DNA from: Nitrospirota bacterium
GTDB lineage: Bacteria; Nitrospirota; UBA9217
Length of the DNA: 64,000 bases
Assembly (NCBI GenBank): GCA_963845065.1
Contig: CAWJQQ010000001.1
Span: 416,001 to 480,000 of the forward strand
Direction of reading: 5' to 3'
Part shown: in pieces, positions 42,243 to 53,099 of the stretch
Layout of the letters: every line of letters starts with the position of its first letter
Position numbering within the stretch: position 1 is the stretch's first letter
Notes under the pieces: generated by a model
The model's input: only the letters and a program-made list of their open reading frames with translations
Told to the model about the DNA's origin: nothing
The model's database searches: none
Position numbers and translations under genes: made by a program

Positions 42243-43292
42243 TTAGAAATATTCTCTCAACTTCGATGCCAATTCCTCGGGCAGATTAATGATCAATTCC
42301 GAATGAAGTATCTTTTGCAAAAAATAATCATCATTTCGGTAATTGGGATACAGATTCTGCCGTGTGATCATTTTTAATATACAGCGAAATCCCTCTCCTT
42401 GTGCAGATCCCCTTACTGAAAGAAGTGAATAATTGAAGCTCAGATGGCCGATGCTTTCGTAAAACGTGAGAACTTTAGAGATGCCTTGAGAAAGGTCTCT
42501 CAGGTCTGTTATGGAGAGCTTCTCGAAATCACTCTCTCCTTCATTAATGGCAATCACTTCGTTAATCCCCATGGGAGAGAAGGCGGTAATCCAGTGCCAT
42601 CGGCCTTTTTGTCCAACATACCGCTCACCGATCTTCTTCTCCTCGTGGATCAAATCATCATAGTAAAAAGAACCATGTTTCCGATAATAAGAATGGCAAG
42701 CCTCAATAAGCCTTTCATGATAAGAATAGGCAATGGATGTAATCAGCATCTGCAAGTGAGGATGCACAAAGGTAGCGCCTGCGGGGAATAAGTAATTGGC
42801 ATTAACGGCGACGAATAAAGCTAGATGGTCCCGGCGATAAACCGAGTTAACAAAGGTTTGGGCCGCTTTCAGACCGTTTTCGATCAAATCGGGGTTGAAT
42901 TCTGAGAGTTTTAAAAAATGAGTCGTGCTAAGAGAAATGACTGAATGGTACGACCCTATAGGGAAAAGATTGGGGAATAACGTGGCCTCACCTATTCTAA
43001 CTCGCCCTTCGGGAACAAGATCTGACGGATATCGTGGAGTGTTCTTTTCGATCCTGTCGCCGCAGAAGATGCAGGTCTTGGCGCTTTCTTTCACCAAGTT
43101 CTTAATCAGCTCGGGATCGCTGTCTCCAAAAAAGAATTTTACTTTATCCTTTAGACTGCTGTTATAGACACTGGTGTCGCCAAGCAGAGGATCGCGCCTA
43201 ACTTGTACAGTATGAACATCCTCGCTAAAATTATGGAAGGGGTTCAGAATCTTTAACGTTGATTCAGACATGTTGAATTGAATGTTAGACAT
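42243..43292 (-). CDS. GalT-like (HIT superfamily) nucleotidyltransferase
   Basis: RRDPLLG, CIFC, FPNLFP, HPHLQ (HxHxQ). Confidence 0.85.
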   Translation of the reverse strand: MSNIQFNMSESTLKILNPFHNFSEDVHTVQVRRDPLLGDTSVYNSSLKDKVKFFFGDSDPELIKNLVKESAKTCIFCGDRIEKNTPRYPSDLVPEGRVRIGEATLFPNLFPIGSYHSVISLSTTHFLKLSEFNPDLIENGLKAAQTFVNSVYRRDHLALFVAVNANYLFPAGATFVHPHLQMLITSIAYSYHERLIEACHSYYRKHGSFYYDDLIHEEKKIGERYVGQKGRWHWITAFSPMGINEVIAINEGESDFEKLSITDLRDLSQGISKVLTFYESIGHLSFNYSLLSVRGSAQGEGFRCILKMITRQNLYPNYRNDDYFLQKILHSELIINLPEELASKLREYF

Positions 43293-43632
43293 AGAGCCTC
43301 CGTTTTCTGTTCGACTGTTTTGACCGAGTCCCTGTTTATGAAGGGAAAAGGGTTCTTTATTATCTCAAATGGGGAATCCGGCTTTACAATCATGCTTTCG
43401 CAGATCCTGTGTAAGTGCAGCAACAGTCTCCGATCATTTACCCTGAACGGCAAAGATTATTTTCATCTACTCCCGGCCGACAAAGAAGGAGACATAATCG
43501 AGCCCTATACCCTTTGATGTTTCCGCGAAATGGGGCGCGTGTCACTGACGGCAAGAGTATAACTATTTTGAGTAACAATTTTAACTGGTGCTATCGCACA
43601 AAAAGGGCATGTAGCAATCTATTCTCCCTTGG

Positions 43633-44103
43633 TCAAAACCGCAAAGTCGCTTTGAAGCGCTTCGGATTCAGCAGTAAGTCGAGCCCCTCAACCGCGCTCC
43701 TAACATGGATGTTCGCAGCCAGGATCGCGTCTACAGCGCATCCTTCCCCCTCTGACACCGCAATGCCGATCCGTGCGACCTTGAGCATTTTCCGGTCGTT
43801 GTTTCCATTGCCGAAAGCGACGACGTTCTCCGCCCCGAGTTTCGTTACATACTCTTCTTTCTGCACGTCATGGTTTTCTCCAGTTAGTATGTGTATTTCG
43901 GAGTTGATACCTTTCAGTTCTGCCTGCGCTTTACCGAAGGTATCAGCGGTAAGAATATGAATTTTCATAAACTCAGCCAGCTTATTCAGTCGCGCATCCA
44001 CCTTCGGTATAAGTTGCCCGTTTACAGACAATGTGCCGGTAAAATCCGAAACCAAGTGCTCCAGTCTGACCAAACCGAATCCGGGAATATCGATCTCAAG
44101 CAT
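43633..44103 (-). CDS. HAD hydrolase / soluble P-type ATPase-like protein
   Basis: DFTGT, TADTFG, K, GNGNND. Confidence 0.9.
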   Translation of the reverse strand: MLEIDIPGFGLVRLEHLVSDFTGTLSVNGQLIPKVDARLNKLAEFMKIHILTADTFGKAQAELKGINSEIHILTGENHDVQKEEYVTKLGAENVVAFGNGNNDRKMLKVARIGIAVSEGEGCAVDAILAANIHVRSAVEGLDLLLNPKRFKATLRF

Positions 44104-44121
44104 GAATGATTCCTTTCTTGA

Positions 44122-44941
<820 letters not shown>

Positions 44942-45453
44942 GCCGGTTTCTTTCCCGTGCTTCATGCTTCGACACTTCTGGAATAGTGACTATTAAGATA
45001 CCATAACCGCAACAAATCTGCCGTTAATTCTGGACGTTCTCACGAAAGGTGTGTTGATTGAAATTTTTCGAAAATCACTTTTGTACTTTCTCATTAAAGA
45101 GATTGGTCGATAGCGTTCTTAACTCAGCGAATCGAGATATCGGTTTATCGCATCCGTACTTGTCGATGCTGATAAGATTCTCGCTGTGTTGAATCATGAA
45201 TTCCGCTATCGTAAATAGGATTTCCCACAACGTACTGTTGTTCCTTCAATACATCGGTTTGGGTGAGGCGCCGATCTCGAACCGTGTTGGATAGACATAA
45301 TCGATAAAGGTACTCCTGCCCACACCCTCCGGACCGTTGATATGCATGCTATGCCGGCGCCTGATATGTAATCGTACGGTCCCTATTTCTTCTTTTCGGC
45401 CTGCGATATTCATGGTTTTCTTGCATGCCTGTGCCGGGTCCCCGGAATGTATC

Positions 45454-47241
45454 TCATCCTTTTTTTGTACCGTCGGTTGACGACCGTATCCGCATAAGTC
45501 TACCTCTGATTCCATCAAGGTTCTTTGCAGTCTCAGCGAGCGCTTCTTTTCTTGAGTCCATTTCCTGCTCCCCGCTTGATCGCTTCGTCACACCTTTTTC
45601 GATAGCTGTCCCGATCCCCTCGATTGTTGCATCGATCTTCTGGAACATCTCCCACCGGAAGTCTAGTTTGCTCTTGTCAAGACGTTCTTCAAAATCGTTT
45701 CCTGCCCTGGCGACCTGCATGGTAACGACCCGTTGGAGATATTCTTTCATCTTCTTGAGGACGATCTTATCGCCGATGAATTTTGGCAGGGCAAGGGTCA
45801 AGGTTGAAGCGATTATCGCCGTACCTACAGGCTGCTCCTTGAACTTGTAGTAGAAACCGGACTTGACGCTCCAGAGGGCTTCCGCCTTGACCGAGTCGAA
45901 GGGCACGGCAAACAGCTCGGAAGAATAGCGGAGCAGCTCGTCAACCGTGTCGTTGATCTTTGTGATGAACCGTTTGCAGATGGTTTCGAATGCCTTTGCG
46001 AGCCGCTCATCCTCCATGGCGCGCCAGGTGATGCAAGCCTGTTTTATATGGTTGATGACCGCTTCCTCCAGGGTGCTGCGTAAATCTTTCAGGGAAAGAC
46101 CCTTGTTTTGCTCGAATTGATCTGTCAGATACGCCTGCTCATCAGGCATCATGTCCCTTACGAAACGCTGTAAATCATTCTCTAGTTCTCCCTTGACCAA
46201 TCGTGAGACTTCACCTTCGAGCAGGATTTCGAAGTCCCGTTTCACCTGCTCCACTTCGCCTTTCTTGTTCTCAAATGCCTTTATTTTTTCCTTCAGTTCT
46301 TCAAGCGGTGTCGTGAGCGACTTCAGTTCAAGTTCCAGCTCAAGTTTCGCCTGGGAAATGCTCCGAAGGAGGTTGTTCGACACAGACAGAAGAAGAACGT
46401 TTCCTTTCTCGTCCATCAGAAACCTGTTCAGGTCATTGGAGAAGAGGGGAAGCATACTCTTCTGGATGAGTTCATCGGACTTCGAGGCTATTCCTTCAAG
46501 GGCGAGCCTTGCAGACACTGGAAAGAGCCTAACCTCCGAAGCCATGGTTTCTTCCAGCCCATTCTTCGAGAATTTTATAGATTCCTTGAGGTCGTTCTCC
46601 CGTAGGTAGTCTGCCTTGTTCATGACGAAGAATATCTTGTTCGAGTACTCTTTCACGTCCATTAAAAAGTCAAGCTCTGCCTTGCTCATGGGCTGGTCTA
46701 CGGAAAGAAGAAAGAGTGCGGCATCCGATTTCGGCAAATACTGGTACGCGACGTCCGTATTGTGCTGGTAGATCGAGCCCACGCCGGGCGTATCGATAAG
46801 ACGAACTCCGTCCTTAAGATAAGGCGAAGGGTAGGTGAGGACAACTTCGCGGACATCTTTGACGTTCTTAGGATTGCCCTTTTCCGTAACGTATTCCACG
46901 AGACTTTCCGGTTTGATCTCGGTGATTTTCCCATCGTTGAAATAAACCTTGATCCTGAGCGCTTCGCCCCAGGTCATGATAGTCACGATGGAGGTGAGGG
47001 GAACGACGGCCACGGGCAGGATCTCTGCGCCCAGAAGCGCGTTGATGAGGCTCGTCTTCCCGCGCTTGAACTGGCCGACGACCACGAGATTGAAGGCGTT
47101 GCTCCGGACCTTTTCTTTCAGGTCCTCGCAGGCGCAGCCGCGGATGTTCTCGATACCGAGCATTTCGTCCATGCAGTCCAGCAGGTCGGTTTTCAGTTTG
47201 GAGTATAATGATGTAGCCGATGACCTCATTTCCGGATTCAT
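45454..47241 (-). CDS. dynamin-like GTPase
   Basis: G1 GQFKRGKTS, G3 DTPG, G4 NKAD, long helical C-terminus; AAGGAG RBS before ATG 47241. Confidence 0.9.
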   Translation of the reverse strand: MNPEMRSSATSLYSKLKTDLLDCMDEMLGIENIRGCACEDLKEKVRSNAFNLVVVGQFKRGKTSLINALLGAEILPVAVVPLTSIVTIMTWGEALRIKVYFNDGKITEIKPESLVEYVTEKGNPKNVKDVREVVLTYPSPYLKDGVRLIDTPGVGSIYQHNTDVAYQYLPKSDAALFLLSVDQPMSKAELDFLMDVKEYSNKIFFVMNKADYLRENDLKESIKFSKNGLEETMASEVRLFPVSARLALEGIASKSDELIQKSMLPLFSNDLNRFLMDEKGNVLLLSVSNNLLRSISQAKLELELELKSLTTPLEELKEKIKAFENKKGEVEQVKRDFEILLEGEVSRLVKGELENDLQRFVRDMMPDEQAYLTDQFEQNKGLSLKDLRSTLEEAVINHIKQACITWRAMEDERLAKAFETICKRFITKINDTVDELLRYSSELFAVPFDSVKAEALWSVKSGFYYKFKEQPVGTAIIASTLTLALPKFIGDKIVLKKMKEYLQRVVTMQVARAGNDFEERLDKSKLDFRWEMFQKIDATIEGIGTAIEKGVTKRSSGEQEMDSRKEALAETAKNLDGIRGRLMRIRSSTDGTKKG

Positions 47242-47266
47242 TGTTGTTGACTCCTTACTCATAGAG

Positions 47267-47426
47267 AAAAAAACTCCTACCCTCATATTTTGAGAGTAGG
47301 AGTCATTAGCTTCCTAAGAAGCGGTTTAGCCCGTTAGAGAACTAAATCACCCATCTACATTCATACGCCGACAATTTCAATTGCTCCGGCATACTCTCTA
47401 ACGAGGTTAAGGCGAACCCCATCACC
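47267..47426 (-). promoter_or_regulatory. fluoride riboswitch (crcB motif) with 78-bp insertion, plus terminator
   Basis: Minus strand: GGTGATGGGGTTCGCC-[insert]-AACCGC..GCTAATGACTCCTAC, then a terminator hairpin + T run. Confidence 0.85.
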
Positions 47427-47533
47427 GTTATTCAAATCAAAAAATCTTCGGCCGCGGCCGTCAAAAGACCTGAGACTCAGGAAGATCATTCAAAATCGGT
47501 TTCCTGGTTTTCCCCGGCGTCGGTTCCTTTTGT

Positions 47534-47725
47534 TTACTCTCTTTCAGTGGCAGCCTCTCTCTGTGAATTATCTTCCTCTTCGGGTTCCTCGGTCTTCTGC
47601 CCAGCATGCTTGGCCAATATGATCCTTTCCGCATCGAGCCAACCATCATAGTCCCGACCGGGCATATAGCCTCTTACTTCACATAGTTCATATGCAACCG
47701 CAGCGATCTAATCATGCAGATTCAT
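47534..47725 (-). pseudogene. DUF2934-like small protein with internal TAG at codon 6
   Basis: AAGGAGG RBS; MNLHD*IAAVAYELCEVRGYMPGRDYDGWLDAERII. Confidence 0.75.
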
Positions 47726-47835
47726 CACTTTCCTCCTTCATCGCTATAAGGCGGTCATTCTCGTAGATGATGTCAACCGGGGACTCTGCCTATCTGCCTA
47801 TATATTTCAGCGGAATAGCTAATTCCTCTCAGCAG

Positions 47836-48555
47836 TCACACCAAGCCCTCCTGGCCTACGTCCCTATGGGTATATTTTATCACATTCACGTCCGAAAGCA
47901 CGACAATGCCTTCGCCCACCATATCGTCGAGGATTGGTATTACCTTATTGATCTTTTCCTCGGTGTCCATGACGGTGATGAGGATAGGCAGTTCTCCGTG
48001 GACTGTAAAAGTTTTCTTTTTATGGTATCGGTGGTGGGGACCATAGCCCGCAATTGCTTTATACACCGTGGCCCCTGCGATATCCGTCATGATGAGCCTT
48101 TTAACGATAGCCTCGTACAATGGCTCGCCTTCCCACGTGTCATCCTCGCTGATAATTATTCGGAGCATTTTGGCCTTGCCTTCGAGCTTCATGTGCTCTC
48201 CTTTTTCTTTTTGCTTATCTTCCACCTTCGGACAGCACTTGACGACGTTCGTGTCCGTGATTTCGACCATGCCTTTTTCAACCACATGGTAAACATCAGG
48301 AAGGACGTTGTTGATCATATCCTCCGATTCCACGACCTCAACTTTCACCGGCATATTCGTGGACAATTCAAGCATCTTGGCCGTGTGAAACACACCGTCG
48401 CTACCGTAGCCCGCAATACCCCGGAAGACGCTCACGCCCATGATTTTTTTCCTGAAGAATATGTCGAGTAAAACTTCATAGACCGGTTTTCCGTGGAACT
48501 TGTCCATCTCATCAACATAAACGGTCAGTTTTTTCGCAGCCCCTTTTGTTACCAT
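47836..48555 (-). CDS. tandem DUF190 (PII-like) protein
   Basis: Two copies of G(A/V)(S/T)V(F/Y)..IAGYG..LP/MP..V; adjacent to crcB. Confidence 0.9.
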   Translation of the reverse strand: MVTKGAAKKLTVYVDEMDKFHGKPVYEVLLDIFFRKKIMGVSVFRGIAGYGSDGVFHTAKMLELSTNMPVKVEVVESEDMINNVLPDVYHVVEKGMVEITDTNVVKCCPKVEDKQKEKGEHMKLEGKAKMLRIIISEDDTWEGEPLYEAIVKRLIMTDIAGATVYKAIAGYGPHHRYHKKKTFTVHGELPILITVMDTEEKINKVIPILDDMVGEGIVVLSDVNVIKYTHRDVGQEGLV

Positions 48556-48564
48556 AGGATTCTC

Positions 48565-48939
48565 CTATATGATTTTCGCGAGGATTTCTCCCGTTTTGAG
48601 AGCGGCAAAACCGGCGATCACACTTAACACCACATTCATTGTAGCGTAAAAATATTCGCCATCCGTCACAAGCTTGCCGGTCTCGTACTGGAAGGTTGAA
48701 AAGGTGGTGTAGCCGCCCAGAAAGCCTACAACGAGCAGTAGCCTCCAAGCTGGGTTTTCCGTGAACCGTTCCGCCATCAGGGTCATGAGTAAGCCGATGA
48801 AAAAGCTACCGCTGATATTGATCACGAACGTTCCCAGCGGAAAGCTTCTTCCCCACCGCTGGCCGATCCATGTCCCGAGCGCGAACCGGGCGGCGGCGCC
48901 GGTGCCTCCGCCTGCAATAATTATAAGGTATTTTATCAT
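48565..48939 (-). CDS. crcB: fluoride channel Fluc/CrcB
   Basis: GAAAR, FPLGTFVIN, GFLGGYTTFSTF. Confidence 0.96.
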   Translation of the reverse strand: MIKYLIIIAGGGTGAAARFALGTWIGQRWGRSFPLGTFVINISGSFFIGLLMTLMAERFTENPAWRLLLVVGFLGGYTTFSTFQYETGKLVTDGEYFYATMNVVLSVIAGFAALKTGEILAKII

Positions 48940-48957
48940 TCGGCCCTTCGCAGTAAG

Positions 48958-49383
48958 CTATTTAACGGTCGTGACCGTACAGGGCGTGTAACTCGATATC
49001 CGCTTTGATATGAAGCCGAGAAGCCACTGTGCGCTCTTTGATTTTTCTCGCTGATCTACGATAATCATATCACTCTTTTTCTCAGTGGCATATTTAATGA
49101 TCTGGTAAACATGATGCCCCTACAGCGGCTTCGGTCTTTACTCTCAAGTTCTGTCCCTTGGCCTTATTCCCGAGACTTTTGCAGAAGTCTCCGTAGTGTT
49201 GTGTCTCGCTGTCGATGATGGCATCCGCCTCGACAATGTCCACAGGCTCAGTTGGCTGAGTAATGGACAGTGCGATGATTTCAGGTCCCGAGCACAGGCA
49301 AAATTTTAACATTCCCAAGCGAAGTCGAAAGCCTTATTAGACTGCAGTGAGCCGTAGAATGAAACGAGTATTCTCTTCAGCAT
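48958..49383 (-). pseudogene. universal stress protein pseudogene
   Basis: MLKRILVSFYGS..KAFDFA; frameshifts; C-terminal DMIIV..LLG..PCTVTTVK. Confidence 0.8.
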
Positions 49384-49397
49384 AAAACATCTTCTCA

Positions 49398-49712
49398 TTA
49401 CAGGACGATTTCCAAGGATATTACCTGAGCAGAGGCGATCCCCGTCTCCTCTTTCGGCAAAAGATGACGAGAGATGAAGAAGGCATTGGCAACGGGTGTA
49501 GGCACAAGAGTGCTGCCAATCACGACGAAGACGAGAACGGAACACTGCTGCCGGCCGATGATTTGGTGTGACAATCCGAACAGAGCAGATATCGAACCGA
49601 AGGTGAGCCCCGTTGACATGAGCAGAGTCATATAGATGCTTTCCTCGAGTTCGTATTCGTAAACTCTGGTTACAGGATAAATGCCGATGATCTTGGTGAT
49701 GATTTTGTCCAA
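49398..49712 (-). pseudogene. C-terminal fragment of a cation:proton antiporter
   Basis: TLLMSTGLTFGSISALFGL..VVIGSTLVPT; the N-terminal part is absent. Confidence 0.7.
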
Positions 49713-49941
49713 GAATAAAATAGTTCATAATGAATAATGTATCACATTGCAACTGTTTTTATATTGGCGATTGTGCATGGAGCATAGCTCGAAAACTCAC
49801 TTCGTTACGGAGCCAAGGAGCCAACTTGCGATCTCCGATTTCCGAATGCGTTCCACTAACTAAGTCATTCCATTCTCTACTATGCGCTGACTCGACGATG
49901 TAAAGTTCCAAAAATCGCCATTTGCGATTATACTGCCTGCT

Positions 49942-52083
49942 CTAAAGCAATGATCCAAGAACGAGCACCAGCAGGAGCAACAACAGAGCATATGCGATAT
50001 AGGCGTTGATCCGCCCATGATGCATAAGGGCGAAACCATGCGCCAATCCGACAACAGCTCTTTTCGTCGGTTGCAGGAAAAGACGGTCCACGATGTGCAC
50101 CTCCTCCCGTTCACGCAGAATCGCCACGCGGAAATGCTCGGCCACGGTTTCCTTTGTGTCCTCGGCGATGGTCGGGCGAAACACAGCGTCGAAAATTACG
50201 CGTACGGGGTTCGAGAAACCCGTCGCGGTGTAGGTCATCTCAGGCCACAATTGCCGCAGTCCGCCGTCCCAGCACGTTCGACGCGTCACCCGGCGATTGC
50301 GCGCCAATATGAAACGTACGACTACATACGTCAGTCCCAGCAAAACGATCAGCATCGCCAGCATGTACGATGTGGACATGGCGAACACGACGGGATTCTC
50401 CTTGCCGCCGCGATGCAAAACGACAAGGCCGCGTCCCGGCAGGACCGCCTGCCCAACCTGCGCGCCCAGATCATGAAACTCCGAGACAAACTCGTGCGGC
50501 AACTGTTCATGCCCGGCGCTGTCGGTAAAGAACGGTGGCACGAGAGCATCGGCGGCGTTTGTGCCCGTAAGCGGCGACAACGCTCCGTTCAGCGTCGGGA
50601 TAACATAAGTCGGTAACACGCCGAGCAGCAGGCAAAGCGCGGCAAGCAGCACCATAGGAGCGATGGCCGATCGTTGTGGTTCGGTGGCCTTCCTGGCTTG
50701 TTCCGAGCGGGTAATTCCCAGAAAACCCATCGCGAACGCCTTCACGAAGCAAGTGACCGCCAGTGCGGCAGTGAGCGCCAGACCCGCGCCGCAGAGGGCA
50801 AAGACGAGTCGGAGCACCGTCGAGGTAAGCTCGGCGCTGCGCAGCATCGTCTGCAGCATGAGCCACTCACTGACGAAGCCACTGAAAGGCGGCAAAGCCG
50901 AGATGGAGAGCGCCCCCACCAGGAACGTGGCCGCCGTCCATGGCATCCCGCGTATCAGTCCGCCCAGTTTGTCCAAATCACGTGTCCCAGCCCGATCGTC
51001 CACCGCTCCCGCACCCAGAAATAATAGCGCCTTGTAAACGGAATGGTTGATCATGTGGTAAAAGGCGGCGATGAACGCGATGCCTGCCGGCACGGGTTGC
51101 CCGCTTGCAGTGAACACAAAGCCGGCGCCCAACCCGACAGTCACGATTCCGACGTTTTCAATCGAACTATGCGCCAGCATGGTCTTCAGGTCGTTTTCAG
51201 TGCTTGCGTACAGGATTCCCAGCAAGGCTGAGATCGTTCCGATGATTAGCACGACGAGACTGGGCCCGATCGTAGTGATCGGGAGCAGATCGAGGTTGAC
51301 CCGAACGATGCCGTACAGCCCAAGGTTCAAGATGACGCCTGAGAGAATGGCGGAAACGTTTGCTGGAGCAGCGGGATGCGCACGCGGCAGCCAGCTATTG
51401 ACGGGCGCGAGCCCCGCTTTCACGCCGAACCCGAAGAAGGAGAGGAGAAACACCGCCCACCGTGTGCCCGAGCCGGCAGCTACCAACCGACATGCCGAAA
51501 ATTCCAGCGTCCCAGCCTTAGCGGCCAGAAGTAATAATGCCAGAGCGCCAGCCACGAATCCAGCTTCACCCATCGCCAACATAAGATAACCCGCCCGGCT
51601 TGTCTCTGTGCGTTCATGCTCGAAGTTGACCAGCAGGTAACTGATGATGGACATCGCCTCCCAGGAGAGCAAGAATCCAAGGACATCGCCTGCGATCAGG
51701 ATCAAGACGATCGAGGCGAACAATAACAGATACCAAACGCTGAATGCCTTCAGACTGTAATGCCCGAGGTATCGTTTAAGATAACTTGTAGAGTAAATAG
51801 AGCTGGCCAGCGTTACCAGGGCTGTGACGAACACGAAGATAGCCGATAGACGATCCAGCGACACATTCAATGTGACCAGCGTAGAAATCGTCCAGAGCTC
51901 AGCGTGAAAGGCGCGTCCTGACCACAAGACGTTTCCGCTGGCCCACAGTGTCAGCAGCGACGCCAGCGAGCCGACCCATGCCAGCATGGGAGGATTGCGT
52001 CGTTCAGGGAGAATGATCGCCAGCAAAATGCCTATACAGCACAGCGTAAAGACCAATACGAGCGGTAACCCGGTATCAGCCAT
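49942..52083 (-). CDS. hyfB: HyfB-like (NuoL/MrpA-type) proton-pumping membrane subunit, copy 2
   Basis: WEAM, KAGLAP..WLPRAHP, LAHSSIEN, LPPFSGFVSEW. Confidence 0.9.
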   Translation of the reverse strand: MADTGLPLVLVFTLCCIGILLAIILPERRNPPMLAWVGSLASLLTLWASGNVLWSGRAFHAELWTISTLVTLNVSLDRLSAIFVFVTALVTLASSIYSTSYLKRYLGHYSLKAFSVWYLLLFASIVLILIAGDVLGFLLSWEAMSIISYLLVNFEHERTETSRAGYLMLAMGEAGFVAGALALLLLAAKAGTLEFSACRLVAAGSGTRWAVFLLSFFGFGVKAGLAPVNSWLPRAHPAAPANVSAILSGVILNLGLYGIVRVNLDLLPITTIGPSLVVLIIGTISALLGILYASTENDLKTMLAHSSIENVGIVTVGLGAGFVFTASGQPVPAGIAFIAAFYHMINHSVYKALLFLGAGAVDDRAGTRDLDKLGGLIRGMPWTAATFLVGALSISALPPFSGFVSEWLMLQTMLRSAELTSTVLRLVFALCGAGLALTAALAVTCFVKAFAMGFLGITRSEQARKATEPQRSAIAPMVLLAALCLLLGVLPTYVIPTLNGALSPLTGTNAADALVPPFFTDSAGHEQLPHEFVSEFHDLGAQVGQAVLPGRGLVVLHRGGKENPVVFAMSTSYMLAMLIVLLGLTYVVVRFILARNRRVTRRTCWDGGLRQLWPEMTYTATGFSNPVRVIFDAVFRPTIAEDTKETVAEHFRVAILREREEVHIVDRLFLQPTKRAVVGLAHGFALMHHGRINAYIAYALLLLLLVLVLGSLL

Positions 52084-53099
52084 GGCGTTTTCTCCTTTCC
52101 TTGCCCGATCAAATTCGTGCGTGATTCAGGTCGATCAGTTATGCATCTGCGATTCTACAAACTCCGCAGATCGCCGCTTGTGATCATTAAAAGTCACGGA
52201 AGCGGCGATCATGGCCTCACTTTCTTACGACGTCTGGAAGAACCAGACCCACAGAAGTACAACGAGCAACGACAAAAGCGCATAGGCGATGTAGGCGTTG
52301 ATCCGACCCTGGTGCAGGACCGCCAGGCCACGGGCTAACCGGAGGGCGGCATACTTCACGGGCTGCAAGATAATCCGGTCCACGATGTGCACCTCCTCCC
52401 GTTCACGCAGAATCGCCACGCGGAAATGCTCGGCCACGGTTTCCTTTGTGTCCTCGGCGATGGTCGGGCGAAACACAGCGTCGAAAATTACGCGTACGGG
52501 GTTCGAGAAACCCGTCGCGGTGTAGGTCATCTCAGGCCACAATTGCCGCAGTCCGCCGTCCCAGCACGTTCGACGCGTCACCCGGCGATTGCGCGCCAAT
52601 ATGAAACGTACGACTACATACGTCAGTCCCAGCAAAACGATCAGCATCGCCAGCATGTACGATGTGGACATGGCGAACACGACGGGATTCTCCTTGCCGC
52701 CGCGATGCAAAACGACAAGGCCGCGTCCCGGCAGGACCGCCTGCCCAACCTGCGCGCCCAGATCATGAAACTCCGAGACAAACTCGTGCGGCAACTGTTC
52801 ATGCCCGGCGCTGTCGGTAAAGAACGGTGGCACGAGAGCATCGGCGGCGTTTGTGCCCGTAAGCGGCGACAACGCTCCGTTCAGCGTCGGGATAACATAA
52901 GTCGGTAACACGCCGAGCAGCAGGCAAAGCGCGGCAAGCAGCACCATAGGAGCGATGGCCGATCGTTGTGGTTCGGTGGCCTTCCTGGCTTGTTCCGAGC
53001 GGGTAATTCCCAGAAAACCCATCGCGAACGCCTTCACGAAGCAAGTGACCGCCAGTGCGGCAGTGAGCGCCAGACCCGCGCCGCAGAGGGCAAAGACGA
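50084..53099. repeat. 724-bp apparently identical direct repeat (50084-50807 = 52376-53099)
   Basis: Offset 2292 bp; identical translations in overlapping frames of the ORF track. Confidence 0.9.

Noticed and set aside
47329..47406. Integron attC site
   Set aside because: GTTAG precedes CTAAC, the reverse of attC core order; no integrase or cassette array
47708..47710. Pyrrolysine or stop-codon recoding at the in-frame TAG
   Set aside because: A GAG>TAG nonsense change in a decaying neighbourhood is simpler; TAG ends other genes here and no pyl genes are seen
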